A stretch of 64,000 nt of DNA from Chlamydiales bacterium (lineage in GTDB: Bacteria > Chlamydiota > Chlamydiia > Chlamydiales > JAAZZY01). The notes beneath the pieces were generated by a model. It ran no database searches. It was given only the letters and a program-made list of their open reading frames with translations, and was not told the origin of the DNA. Where the stretch lies: positions 96,001 through 160,000 of the forward strand of contig CBDBKM010000011.1 in the NCBI GenBank assembly GCA_965206695.1, given 5' to 3'. Positions 44,049 through 54,432 of this stretch are shown here, piece by piece. Every line of letters starts with the position of its first letter. Within the stretch, counting starts at the first letter, position 1. The translations under genes and the position numbers were made by a program.

Positions 44049-45104
44049 ATGATCGAAGTTGAAAATTTAAGTAAGCTTTTTCACACACCATCAGGTCCTG
44101 TCCGAGCCCTTGAAGATGTAACACTCAAGGTCAATAAAGGCGAAATTTTTGGCATTATCGGTCAAAGTGGAGCCGGGAAAAGCACCTTGATCCGCTGCAT
44201 TAATCTCCTGGAAAAACCTACAAGCGGATCTATAATAATCGATGGGGCAAAGCTTAATGATTTCAACCCTAAGGAGTTGAGGTTACAAAGGCAAAAGATC
44301 GGAATGATCTTTCAGCATTTTAATCTTTTAGCTTCTAAAACGGTCTATCAAAATATTGCCTTTCCTCTTGTGCTTACGAAGCATTCTCGTCTTGAAATAG
44401 AAAAAATTATTGCCCCACTACTGGAATTAACCGGCCTTGAAGATAAGAAAAATCATTATCCTTCGCAACTCAGTGGAGGACAAAGGCAAAAGGTTGCTAT
44501 CGCAAGAGCTCTAGCAAATAAACCTGTCGTTTTACTATGTGATGAAGCAACGTCCGCTTTGGATCCTGTTACAACTGCCTCAATTTTAAAGCTCTTAAAA
44601 GATATCAACGAAAAATTGAATCTAACGATTGTATTGATCACTCATGAAATGAGTGTTATCAAAGAAATTTGTGATCAAGTAGCTGTTTTAGAACAAGGTA
44701 CATTAGTAGAGCAAGCAGATATCATTCAGCTATTTACCAATCCACAGACAGAGACTACCAAAGCTCTTGTAAAAACGACTCTTCAACTTGATTTACCAAA
44801 AGAAATTCAAGATGTTCTCCATATAGAAAAAGCCGAAGGAAAAATCCCTCTTCTACGTATCGAATTTCTAGGAGAAAAAACTGCAGAACCTTTAATCACA
44901 CAAATGATCACCCGTTTTCAAATTGATTTGAATTTTTTACAAGCAAATATGAAACTTATTCATGGTGAAATCATGGGTATCATGTTAGTAGAAGCAATCG
45001 GGAAAGAAGAAAAAATTAAAGCTTCTATCGAATATTTAACAAGCAAGGGATTAAAAGTTGAGATAATAGGTTATGTCGCTTCCAATCACACCACTTCTAT
45101 TTAA
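44049..45104 (+). CDS. metN: Methionine ABC transporter ATPase
   Basis: GQSGAGKSTLIRCIN and LLCDEATSALDP motifs; NIL domain. Confidence 0.95.
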   Translation: MIEVENLSKLFHTPSGPVRALEDVTLKVNKGEIFGIIGQSGAGKSTLIRCINLLEKPTSGSIIIDGAKLNDFNPKELRLQRQKIGMIFQHFNLLASKTVYQNIAFPLVLTKHSRLEIEKIIAPLLELTGLEDKKNHYPSQLSGGQRQKVAIARALANKPVVLLCDEATSALDPVTTASILKLLKDINEKLNLTIVLITHEMSVIKEICDQVAVLEQGTLVEQADIIQLFTNPQTETTKALVKTTLQLDLPKEIQDVLHIEKAEGKIPLLRIEFLGEKTAEPLITQMITRFQIDLNFLQANMKLIHGEIMGIMLVEAIGKEEKIKASIEYLTSKGLKVEIIGYVASNHTTSI

Positions 45105-45726
45105 TGGATTTTTAGAGACCATCTACATGGTATTTATTTCGGGCCTTATTACTGCAATCGTTGGGGTGCCCTTAGGCGCTATTATATTTGCAACAGATAG
45201 AGGGCCGATTCTATATAATCTTGTTTTAAACAAATTTGTTTCTTGGATTGTTAACGCTGTTAGGTCAATCCCATTTATTATATTAATGGTAGCGATTATC
45301 CCATTTACCCGCATTGTAGTAGGCACTTCCATTGGAATTAATGCAGCCATAGTACCTCTTGCTATAGGAGCGATTCCCTTCTATGCACGTATTGTAGCAA
45401 ATGCACTTAATGAGGTCCCTTTTGGTTTAACGGAAGCAGCTCAGTCAATGGGGGCCTCCAGCAATCAAATTATGATTAAAGTGCTGATACCGGAGTCCAT
45501 GCCCAGTCTGATTAATGGTTTTACCTTAGCTATTATTACACTGATTGGTTATTCAGCAATGGCAGGCGCTGTAGGTGGTGGTGGACTAGGCGACATTGCT
45601 ATTCGTTATGGATATCAACGATTTAATATCGGTATTATGTTTGCCACCGTAGTGATATTAATAGTTCTAGTGCAGTTGATACAAATATTAGGTGATTTTT
45701 TTGCTAAAAAATGCGATAAATCTTAA
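45073..45726 (+). CDS. metI: Methionine ABC transporter permease
   Basis: RSIPFIILMV and GYSAMAGAVGGGGLGDIAIRYGYQRF motifs. Confidence 0.95.
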   Translation: MSLPITPLLFNGFLETIYMVFISGLITAIVGVPLGAIIFATDRGPILYNLVLNKFVSWIVNAVRSIPFIILMVAIIPFTRIVVGTSIGINAAIVPLAIGAIPFYARIVANALNEVPFGLTEAAQSMGASSNQIMIKVLIPESMPSLINGFTLAIITLIGYSAMAGAVGGGGLGDIAIRYGYQRFNIGIMFATVVILIVLVQLIQILGDFFAKKCDKS

Positions 45727-45751
45727 TTACGTTTAAATAAGGAGACTTGAA

Positions 45752-46621
45752 ATGGCGACATTTAGTAATTTTTTTCGAAACGTAATCTCTCTACTAACAA
45801 TTTTAGGCTTGATAACTCTAACCGCATGCCATAGAAAAGAGGCCCCTAATACCATTAAAGTTGGCGTAATGGCAGGTCCGGAATCTGAATTAATGGAAGT
45901 TGCTAAAGAAGTAGCCCTTAAACAATACGGACTAAACGTCAAAATCGTTAACTTCACTGATTATAATATGCCTAATGCTGCTTTAAATGATGGTAGTATT
46001 GATGCCAATATGTTCCAACACTTATCCTTTTTAGCCTTTCAAATTAAAGCAAGAGGTTACAAAATTACACCTATTGACAAAACTTTTGTCTTTCCAATGG
46101 GTCTTTATTCTAAAACAATAACAAATTTATCTCAGATTAAAAATGGCTCCAAAGTGGGTATCCCTAATGATCCTTCCAACGAAGGCAGAGCGTTGCTTTT
46201 ACTACAAAAAGCAGGCTTGATTACCCTTAGCTCAGGAAGTGGTATGGATGCTACAGTAAGAGATGTCTCATCAAATCCACATAATCTTAAAATTATTGCA
46301 TTAGATGCAGCAGAATTACCTCGTTCTTTATACGATCTTTCTCTGGCCGCAATTAACACTAACTATGCTATTCCGGCAGGCTTGTTTCCGACTAAAGATG
46401 CTCTAGTTATAGAAGGCCCCGACTCTCCCTATGCTAACCTTGTCGTCGTACGTACTGCCGATAAAAATAGCCCTCAATTTAAAGAGCTCATTGAAGCTCT
46501 ACATTCTAAAGAAGTAATTGAAGAAGCTAAAAAGCTTTTTGGAGCAGATGTTGTACCGGCATGGAAGGTCAATACTTCTTTAAGAAAAGCGAGTAGAAAG
46601 TTTGTGGTTAATCAATCTTAA
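45752..46621 (+). CDS. metQ: Methionine ABC transporter lipoprotein (MetQ/NlpA)
   Basis: LTAC lipobox; IDANMFQH and PNDPSNEGRALLLL motifs. Confidence 0.93.
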   Translation: MATFSNFFRNVISLLTILGLITLTACHRKEAPNTIKVGVMAGPESELMEVAKEVALKQYGLNVKIVNFTDYNMPNAALNDGSIDANMFQHLSFLAFQIKARGYKITPIDKTFVFPMGLYSKTITNLSQIKNGSKVGIPNDPSNEGRALLLLQKAGLITLSSGSGMDATVRDVSSNPHNLKIIALDAAELPRSLYDLSLAAINTNYAIPAGLFPTKDALVIEGPDSPYANLVVVRTADKNSPQFKELIEALHSKEVIEEAKKLFGADVVPAWKVNTSLRKASRKFVVNQS

Positions 46622-46639
46622 GTAATTAATTAGCCTCAT

Positions 46640-46870
46640 TTGACAGCTCCCCACCATCAAAGGAAGAAATTCCAATCAATCTCCTCAACCGACGTATTTT
46701 TAATGGTTCTTTAGACTTTGCAATATTAAAAGCATTTCCATCCCATCTAAATGCAGAGTTGGTAAACGAAATTGACTAGGTACTATTTTGAGTTTTGAAT
46801 TTAGGAAAATAAGCTCTATCAAGGTTCCTAAGGCTTTGCTGTAGATAAACCGATGACGCTTCATTAATCA
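46640..46870 (-). pseudogene. tnpB: Internally deleted tnpB relic fused to an IS605 right end
   Basis: INEASSVYLQQSLRNLDRAY...SAFRWDGNAFNIAKSKEPLKI then GGAATTTCTTCCTTTGATGGTGGGGAGCTGTCAA. Confidence 0.8.
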
Positions 46871-46926
46871 CAGAAAATCTTTATTTTGTTTCAGACCCGG
46901 CAAGAATGCTGATGTCGCGGAGCAGG

Positions 46927-46981
46927 AGATGCTTTTATCCCAATGCTAAAGCAAAGGGTTTTCTTACTTAATTGTCATAAA
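46927..46981 (+). repeat. IS200 right-end copy overlapping the recD stop codon
   Basis: AGATGCTTTTATCCCAATGCTAAAGCAAAGGGTTTTCTTACTTAATTGTCATAAA, similar to 38243..38297 and 61623..61677. Confidence 0.7.
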
Positions 46982-48837
46982 GTATTTCCTAATCGTTGTG
47001 CTATACCCGACAATCTATGATTGTTGGTTCCAATGATTTTTTTTAAGGTTCGATTATCGGTAAATATTTCAAACCGCTCCTTAGCTCTTGTTAAAGCAGT
47101 ATAGAGTAACTCTTTGCCAAAAAGATCTGCAATATCAGGTAATAGCAATAAAACATGTTTATATTCACTACCTTGGCTTTTATGTACTGAGATACAGTAA
47201 GCATATTGAAAAGTTGGTAACATCACGGAAGGGATCTTACGGACTTGCTCTTTTACCTCAAAAAAAGATTGTTCATTATGGCGAGATTCGAAAATAGCAA
47301 AATCTCTTTGTATATCATTAAAACTGATTAAAACGCCCAAATCTCCATTAAAAAGTTCCGTGGGGTAATCATTTTGAGTAATCATTATAGGAGCAATAAA
47401 AATATTCTTAGAGTCTATCATTGATTCAAAATATTGTTTCATCTCTTTATTGATACTATCTACACCTAAAGGCCCCTTTCTTAAAGGACTTAGAAGACAA
47501 AAACTTTGAAAGCTATTTAATAACTCTCTATGAGAATAGCTAAGGTCTAAATGAGTGGGAAAATAATTTTTAGCGTAAGACAAAACTATTTTTTTTCTGT
47601 CATTACTTGTTTTACAATCTTTAGGCCAAGGTATTTTCCTCGTAACTGACATAGGATCTGTTGATGACAGTGATTTAATAACTAAATCACTGTCATCTTT
47701 TTTAATAAAATTTGCTAAATTAACAATCTCTTCCAGATCCGTTCTGATGCATTGTTTAAGCTCTATAATATTTTGATGGATGATGCCTTTAGTTAAATCA
47801 GCAAACAATGAACCCGATTCAATAGGAGGCAACTGATTTCTATCGCCAAGAAAGATAATTCGTGTGCCCGGTTTAATAGATTTTAATAATACAGCTAACA
47901 TTTTTACATCCATCATAGAACTTTCATCTACTAAAATAAGATCCGCTGAAATAAAGTAATATCGCTGATCCTGTGCATATTTTAACAGTGAATGCAATGT
48001 CTTGAATTGTATTGATGCTTGGTTTTCTTTATCTATAAGAGAAAGAATAGAACCTAAATTAGCAGTAGCTTTTCCTGTTGGTGCGGCAAGAATAATTTTA
48101 GAAAATTTAGGATCAACATATTTTAAGTATATGTAAATCAATTGATAGGCCGTATAAGTTTTACCTGTTCCGGGACCACCGGTAATGATTGTAAAGGTTT
48201 TAGTTAAGGCTTTTTTAATTGCCAGCGCTTGTAAATCAAGTAATTGATTGTCATCAAGGCGTTTGGTTAATTCTTTTTCAATTAAAGATTCTTCTATTGT
48301 GACTTTTGGAAATGCATGAACATGTTGTTTTAAATAATGTATGACTAAAGACTCATACGCCCAATTTCTTTGCAAGTAATAAAAATTATTCCATCGACAG
48401 ATGGGTTTAAATGAGGTTTTTAACTTATCGTATTTTATTTCTTTTACAATTTCAGAAGGCAATTTTAAAAAACCATTTCTGATCATGTCAGTTATACGTA
48501 TTAAATCATCAGGATGTAAATATGCCTCATCACAATCTCCTAAAACAGATTTTATAAAAAGATCGTTAGGATGAGGTTTTAAGGAGTCCTCTGATGAATA
48601 AATACACAAATGGCCTAGACGTGAACAATAAAATTGATAGATCACAGCCAATAAGATGTCGTCATCATCAGTTTTACAAATCTTATCCAAAAGATATTTT
48701 GAACAGGAATAATCAATATATAAAATAATCCCTTTCTCAATCAGCGATTCAACAAATGAAATGTTTGTTTTTTCTTTTTCATCATTAAAGAGTTGATAGT
48801 CATTCTCATGATAAAATTTTTGAAGAAGACTTTTCAC
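46975..48837 (-). CDS. recD: Exodeoxyribonuclease V alpha subunit RecD
   Basis: ITGGPGTGKT, AAPTGKA, VDESSM, LGDRNQLP, SVHKSQGSEY and LYTALTRAK motifs. Confidence 0.95.
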   Translation of the reverse strand: MKSLLQKFYHENDYQLFNDEKEKTNISFVESLIEKGIILYIDYSCSKYLLDKICKTDDDDILLAVIYQFYCSRLGHLCIYSSEDSLKPHPNDLFIKSVLGDCDEAYLHPDDLIRITDMIRNGFLKLPSEIVKEIKYDKLKTSFKPICRWNNFYYLQRNWAYESLVIHYLKQHVHAFPKVTIEESLIEKELTKRLDDNQLLDLQALAIKKALTKTFTIITGGPGTGKTYTAYQLIYIYLKYVDPKFSKIILAAPTGKATANLGSILSLIDKENQASIQFKTLHSLLKYAQDQRYYFISADLILVDESSMMDVKMLAVLLKSIKPGTRIIFLGDRNQLPPIESGSLFADLTKGIIHQNIIELKQCIRTDLEEIVNLANFIKKDDSDLVIKSLSSTDPMSVTRKIPWPKDCKTSNDRKKIVLSYAKNYFPTHLDLSYSHRELLNSFQSFCLLSPLRKGPLGVDSINKEMKQYFESMIDSKNIFIAPIMITQNDYPTELFNGDLGVLISFNDIQRDFAIFESRHNEQSFFEVKEQVRKIPSVMLPTFQYAYCISVHKSQGSEYKHVLLLLPDIADLFGKELLYTALTRAKERFEIFTDNRTLKKIIGTNNHRLSGIAQRLGNTL

Positions 48838-48865
48838 CTTTTATGTCCTGTTGTTTATCATGTAA

Positions 48866-48985
48866 TTGACAGCTCCCAACCCTAAAGGGAAGGGATTCCT
48901 AATTCATCGACCACTGCTAACAAACAAGCTAGTCTAACATGATCTCCAAAGGCTTAAATTACCGACTGCCCTGCGGTATCGATAT
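48866..48985 (-). ncRNA. TnpB omega-RNA (reRNA) scaffold; predicted guide TTACATGATAAACAACAGGA (48865..48846)
   Basis: ACCGCAGGGCAGTCGGT...GCCTTTGGAG...GGAATCCCTTCCCTTTAGGGTTGGGAGCTGTCAA overlapping the tnpB 3' end; conserved in the 53425..53538 copy; 5' limit uncertain. Confidence 0.75.
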
Positions 48986-50057
48986 TAATAGATGCATTAA
49001 GATCTCTATCGTGTGTTACTTTGCAGTTTGGACACTGCCAACTTCTCACACTTAAATCTAAAATTTCTATTTGGTACCGGCAGGCAGAGCATAGTTTTGA
49101 ACTAGCAAAAAATTGATCTAATTCCACTATATTTCTTCCGTACCATTCACACTTATACTTTAAAAATGTTAAAAACCGGCTCCATCCTGCATCCGATATA
49201 TGCTTGGAAAGTTTTTTATTTTTTAACATCTTATTAATATTTAACCCTTCTATCGTGATCGTTTGGTTTTCACGAGCCAACTTTGTAGAAAGTTTATGAT
49301 GAAAGTCCTGCCTTATATTTTTTATCTTCGAATGTATCGAAGCCACCGATCTTCTTTTTTTGAGTCTATTTTTACCTTTGACTTTAGCTTTGCTAAGAGA
49401 ACGTTGTTTTCTTTTTAGTCTTTTCTTATGAAATCTAAAAGGTTTAGGTGCCGTAATCTTTTTCCCTGTAGAAAGAGTTGCGAATGTCGTTAATCCTAAA
49501 TCTATACCGACAGAATTATTTCTCTTCTCAAAAGGGATCACTTCTTCTTCTACTAATAGGCTCACAAAATACCTGTCACAAGAGTCTTTTGTGATTGTTA
49601 TACCTGTTGGTGCACCTAAAAAACACCTTGACCAATGTATTTTTAATCTGTCTTTAGATTTTGCAATCTTAAGATTAACCCCATCCCAACTAAATGCTGA
49701 CTTAGTTAATCGTATTGCCTGCGTACTGTGTTTGTTTTTAAAGCGAGGGAAATTTGACCTTTTTTTAAAAAAGTTTAAAAAAGCTCTATCAAGATCTCTA
49801 AGACTTTGTTGCAGACAAACAGAAGAAACTTCGTTTAACCAAAGAAACTCTTTGTTTTGCTTAAGACTTGTCAAGAATGCCGATGTTTTAGAATAACTTA
49901 CATTCTCTTTGTATTCCTGATATTTCTTGATCTTAAAGTTTAAAGCTTGATTATATACAACTCTAGAACATCCAAAGCTTTTTGTAAGCAACTCCTTTTG
50001 TTTTTTCGTTGGATAGAATCTAAATTTATATGCTTTTTTGATCATCATGTACTGCAT
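48954..50057 (-). CDS. tnpB: RNA-guided endonuclease TnpB
   Basis: KAYKFRFYPT HTH; RuvC GIDLG, TIEGL and DRDLNA; zinc finger CSAC...CPNC. Confidence 0.95.
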   Translation of the reverse strand: MQYMMIKKAYKFRFYPTKKQKELLTKSFGCSRVVYNQALNFKIKKYQEYKENVSYSKTSAFLTSLKQNKEFLWLNEVSSVCLQQSLRDLDRAFLNFFKKRSNFPRFKNKHSTQAIRLTKSAFSWDGVNLKIAKSKDRLKIHWSRCFLGAPTGITITKDSCDRYFVSLLVEEEVIPFEKRNNSVGIDLGLTTFATLSTGKKITAPKPFRFHKKRLKRKQRSLSKAKVKGKNRLKKRRSVASIHSKIKNIRQDFHHKLSTKLARENQTITIEGLNINKMLKNKKLSKHISDAGWSRFLTFLKYKCEWYGRNIVELDQFFASSKLCSACRYQIEILDLSVRSWQCPNCKVTHDRDLNASINIDTAGQSVI

Positions 50058-50153
50058 TATATGTCCGGTACATATATATTGTCTATCCGGAAAGATGGAA
50101 AACCTCTAAAACAGCAGTTTTTAACCTTAGTTACCATGTTATTTGGTGTCCTA

Positions 50154-51061
50154 TAGTCATTTAATTTTATATTGATAAGATTGCTTGATCAATGGCGAAT
50201 TTAAAATTCGTAACTTTTCGTAATATCTCTCTAACTTTATTTTTCATATTAGCCCAATATTTTTCTATAGGATTTAAGTCCGGAGAATAGGGAGGAAGAA
50301 ACATAAGCTTACAACCGGCAGATTCTAGTGTTTTCCTGCTTTCCGCTGACTTGTGAAAACCGGCATTGTCAAGAATAAGAACACTACCGGGTGTAAGCTG
50401 AGGAGTCAAAACTTCCTTAAGCCAAATATTGAATAACCCGGTATTACAAGTACCTTCAAAACACATTGGAGATAAAAACTGCCCTTTAGATAGGGCTGAA
50501 ATAATATTTTGCCTTATAAAGCGGTTTCCTGAAACCGCTCCAAAAACTTTTTTGCCGCGTAAGGTTCTTCCGGACTCACGAAATAAAAATTGATGAATCC
50601 CGGTTTCATCGAGATAAATTCTCTTGTCAAAGGGAATATTTTTTAAATCTTTCATAAAAGCTTCCCGTTTCTTTTCATCTCTTTCCTTATAGCGAGTAGT
50701 TTTTTTTTTCGTGTAATTTTTAATCTTTTAAGGGCATAAAAAATCGTTTGCGGAGTGACTGAAAAATAATCAGCAATTTCCGATAAAAAATAATCCGGAT
50801 GTTTTTCTACATATTTAGATAACAACTCATCATCTAATTTCTTATAAGCATATTTTCTGCGGATTGGCTTTAAATGTCCTTTTTGCTTTTTTTGCAAGAT
50901 CCATCGATATATTGTTGCGATACCTACTTGAAAAATATGGCCGGCTGTTTTTTTATCATGATGTTTTTCTATATGTTGTAATACTTTCTCTCGAAGATCT
51001 ACTGAATAGGCTCTAGGCATTGTTTTGTCCTTACTGTTTGTATAAAAAAAGAAGGATAACA
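50154..51061 (-). mobile_element. IS630 type A, copy 6 (left end lost at the IS1634 junction)
   Basis: Right end at 50154; sequence stops at GGATAACA|CCGACATTCC. Confidence 0.93.
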
Positions 51062-52814
51062 CCGACATTCCTAGACCTCTAAACAAGTTTTTCTAATTAA
51101 GCCATACATCCTCATTGCAGTCTTTCCAAACAAAACAATAATCTTTTTCCGAAGACGGGTTAAATTTGTGATCATTTCTTTACAAATTCTCCGGGAAGTC
51201 TTCTGAAAAAAACGGATTATTCCGATACCTTCCATAATTTGGAAAATCCATCTTAATGTTGGATTTTTGACTTCCTTTCCTAATTGGTTGGGTAATGTCT
51301 CTTCTGTTTCTATCAATTTTTGTCGAAGTTGATATTGTCCGATATTATAAACCATTAAACACAATGTCATAACCATCATTAATGCTTCAATGCGTCGAGG
51401 GGTTTTTAAAAAAATAGAATCAACCATAAACCAAGGATCTTTTAAAAAGCGAAACCCTCCTTCAACCTTTTGCTGTTCTTTATATTCTTCTAACATCATC
51501 TCATCTTTATAATTTTCTCTATCGGTGTCATTCGTAGCTAAAATAAACCGTCCTTTTCTATTCATCAGTTTATTAATTTCTTCTTCTTCCCTTTCAAAGC
51601 TAGCATGAATCTTGTATCCAACAACTTGTTTTTCCTCTCCTTGTTTAGGTTTGCCTAATTTACCATATTTTAGAATCGGCAATATCTCACTATTCATGGA
51701 ATATAAATGATTTTTTTTAGTCAATCTGCCCCAAGCTTTTTTAGCATCACTTTCGCATTTAAATTCCTCATTACCCAAATGCCAAAGTTGTTTCTTGAGC
51801 TTTTCTTCTGCCTTGGTCAATTTTTTTTCTAATGATTTTATCTCTCTCTGATAGGCTTGCTCTGAAAAAACCAAAAGCCATCTTTGTTTAATCCCTCCAT
51901 AAAAAGAGGTGAAGCTGCATGTTTTATATCCTTTCTCCTGATCAATCCAATCAATTTCTTCTTCCGGTTTTTCTACTAATCTTTTTGCTTCTCCTATTAT
52001 CTCGGGAACTCGGGTGAGCCATTTATAATCATTATTTTTTAAGAGCTTTTCTTTTGTGTATAACGCTGAATCGGCAACCCACTTAAACTTTGTTTTTACA
52101 TCAATCTGTTGTTGAAATTCACTGATTTTTTTGAGCGTCTCATGAAAACTTGCTTTATCAGAACTATTGCCGTCTAAGGCTTCCATCCATAGAGGCATAG
52201 AACTCGGACCATTGGTAACGAGAGAAAGTACAACTTGTTTCAAATCAGGTCTATGATCTTTAGAATAACCCTGCTTAATCTCAATCACTTGCGGATCATC
52301 TTTCACTTCATACGACCCATGAACGGAAAAGCTTGTTGTATCTAGATGATGAGTTTTTTGTAGTAAATCATGGTCTAGGGCTATTCCAAAAGCAACTTCA
52401 GCAAATAATTTACTGCTCCCATATTTTGCAATATCATCCAAAGCATGACCTAAAGTATAATCTGTGAGATCTTCTGCTCGAAGATCGTTGCCAAGTAAAT
52501 TCTCTATCGATTTAGAAGCAAAAAATTGATGTGTTAGGTAGAGACATCTATTAGTAAACCCTAATCCATTCAGAATCATTGCAATTACTGCCTGTCCCGC
52601 ACTTACTTTTCTTTGTGGATGATTTTTTAATCCGGTATCAATCCTTTCCGCTACTTTTAGATCGCTGCAAAGTGCTGCAATTAATCCATGGTGATCCATG
52701 TTCACTGTTTGAATATTATCTCCTGCAACTTCCGGCATAACTTTTCTCCTTGTATCAAATAAAAAGTAACAGGATAGGCAATCTATAATTCTAATTCAAA
52801 AAAAATATCTTACG
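51062..52814 (-). mobile_element. IS1634-family element, copy 3 (transposase 51071..52738 intact; left IR missing)
   Basis: Right IR present; the left end stops at ATCTTACG, lacking GTCTAGGAATGTCGG. Confidence 0.92.
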
Positions 52815-52964
52815 TTGATTTCAGTGACGCTATCCGAGCGTTCTTTTTTGAAGAAATCCCAAAAATGAAAAAGCAATTAGGTCAAAGAATTAACGATAAT
52901 TTTCAAAAAATTATTATTAATTATCCTTCAAGGTGAATTCTCTGATTCAGCTGATGGCAGTATA
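52815..52964 (+). pseudogene. 3' relic of another IS630 (type E)
   Basis: FSDAIRAFFFEEIPKMKKQLGQRINDNFQ* and a terminal ...GGCAGTATA. Confidence 0.65.
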
Positions 52965-52966
52965 TA

Positions 52967-53538
52967 CCTTCTATACTTAGTACTCCAAATACATGATAAC
53001 CAGGATTAAAAATAACTGTCTTTGAAGTTTGCCGTCTTTCCATGTGGACAATATATCTATATACTAATAGTATAATACAGCGTATGACTATTAAAAAAGC
53101 TTAATAAATTTAGATTCTACACAATTGATTTATGAAAACCAAGCAATCATAATTGAAGCTTTAGATATCAAAAGTATATTAAAAAATAAAAGATATGCGA
53201 AAGGTATATCAGATGCAGGATGGCGTCAATTCTTACCATTTTTAAAGTATACATGTGATTGGTACGAAAGAAACATAGTAGAATTACCTCATAATTTTTG
53301 CGGTACACAACGATGCTCCATATGCCGGCACAATGTAGGAAAATTAGATTGCGATAGAAGATTTTGGAAATGTTTCACATGTCATACTTGGCATGACAGA
53401 GATTTTAACGCAACCTATCATATAGATACCGAAGGGCAGTCGGTAATTTAAGCCTTTGGAGATCGTGTTAGACTAACACTTGATTAGCAAAGGTCGTTGA
53501 ATGAGGAATCCCTTCCCTTGAGGATTGGGAGCTGTCAA
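52967..53538 (+). mobile_element. tnpB: Internally deleted IS605 relic: tnpA stub (-), tnpB 5' stub + C-terminal third (53125..53451), intact omega-RNA/right end
   Basis: Minus MERRQTSKTVIFNPGYHV..STKYRR; plus MTIKKA..KFRFY joined to ENQAIIIE...DRDFNA; ends GGGAGCTGTCAA; predicted guide ATGATATATCCTATTTACCG. Confidence 0.85.
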
Positions 53539-53581
53539 ATGATATATCCTATTTACCGGGACTTGTTAGGCTGAAATTGTC

Positions 53582-54430
53582 ATGCAGACAGAAAAAAACG
53601 TATTATCCAATCCTTGGAGTAAGCTAATACATAATTTGCAAGAGCAGGTTATAGGGGATTTTCCTCGTATTACTGTTGTGATTCCTACTTATAACTCCGC
53701 TTATTCGATTAACAGAACATTAGATAGTATTCTACAGCAAGAATATCCTAATTTAGAAATCATTATCATTGATGCAGGATCACAAGATAAGACTCTTAAG
53801 CTGATTAGAGGTTATAAAGAACATATTGCGCAGATATATTTTATGACCGATTTTAACTATACATTGATGTGTAATAAAGGGTTTAACTTAGCAACAGGTG
53901 ATTATATAACCTTTATGTGGTCAGGACGGACGTATTTAACCGGTTTTGCTTTGAAACATATTGGTTCTATGATTCAAAAAACGAATCACCCGGATTTTAT
54001 TTATTCCGGTAGTTATGTCAACTTTGCTTATGAGACTGATCCTTTTATCTATTCCTTACCTTTAACTGTTAAAGAATTGAAGGCCGGAAATATTCCTCCG
54101 GTATTTTCTTGTTGGTTCAAGGTTTCTAGTGTCATAAAGTTAGGTATATTAAAGCCCAATTATAGCTTTCGTAAGGCATGGTTTGACCTTCTATGTCGTT
54201 TAAGAAAGAATGATCAAATGGAAATAGCATCTACTAAATGGATTTTACTGGAGTTTAACTATCGTGATATTTCAACAAAGCTTGTTTTAAAAGACTACTG
54301 GGATCGTAGTTTGATGATATGTAAACATTTTGGTCCGTTGGCGGTTATTCTATGGTTTATGAAGAAAAAACCTTTTCCTTTTTTACCTTGGATTTACCGC
54401 AAGCTTCGTCGTCGAATTATTGGCCGATAA
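53582..54430 (+). CDS. Glycosyltransferase family 2 protein
   Basis: ITVVIPTYNS, EIIIIDAGSQD and NKGFNLATGDYITF motifs; DxD motif not evident. Confidence 0.85.
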   Translation: MQTEKNVLSNPWSKLIHNLQEQVIGDFPRITVVIPTYNSAYSINRTLDSILQQEYPNLEIIIIDAGSQDKTLKLIRGYKEHIAQIYFMTDFNYTLMCNKGFNLATGDYITFMWSGRTYLTGFALKHIGSMIQKTNHPDFIYSGSYVNFAYETDPFIYSLPLTVKELKAGNIPPVFSCWFKVSSVIKLGILKPNYSFRKAWFDLLCRLRKNDQMEIASTKWILLEFNYRDISTKLVLKDYWDRSLMICKHFGPLAVILWFMKKKPFPFLPWIYRKLRRRIIGR

Positions 54431-54432
54431 TA

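Larger units (their letters stand above)
48866..50153 (-). mobile_element. IS605-group element (divergent tnpA/tnpB); tnpA cut by IS630
   Basis: Right end ...GGGAGCTGTCAA at 48866; + strand ERWKTSKTAVFNLSYHVIWCP (TnpA N-terminus) at about 50090..50152. Confidence 0.88.

Noticed and set aside
48954..50057. Nuclease-dead TnpB repressor (TldR-like) or Cas12f system
   Set aside because: All three RuvC acidic residues are present, a tnpA stub and IS right end flank it, and no CRISPR array or cas genes are nearby.
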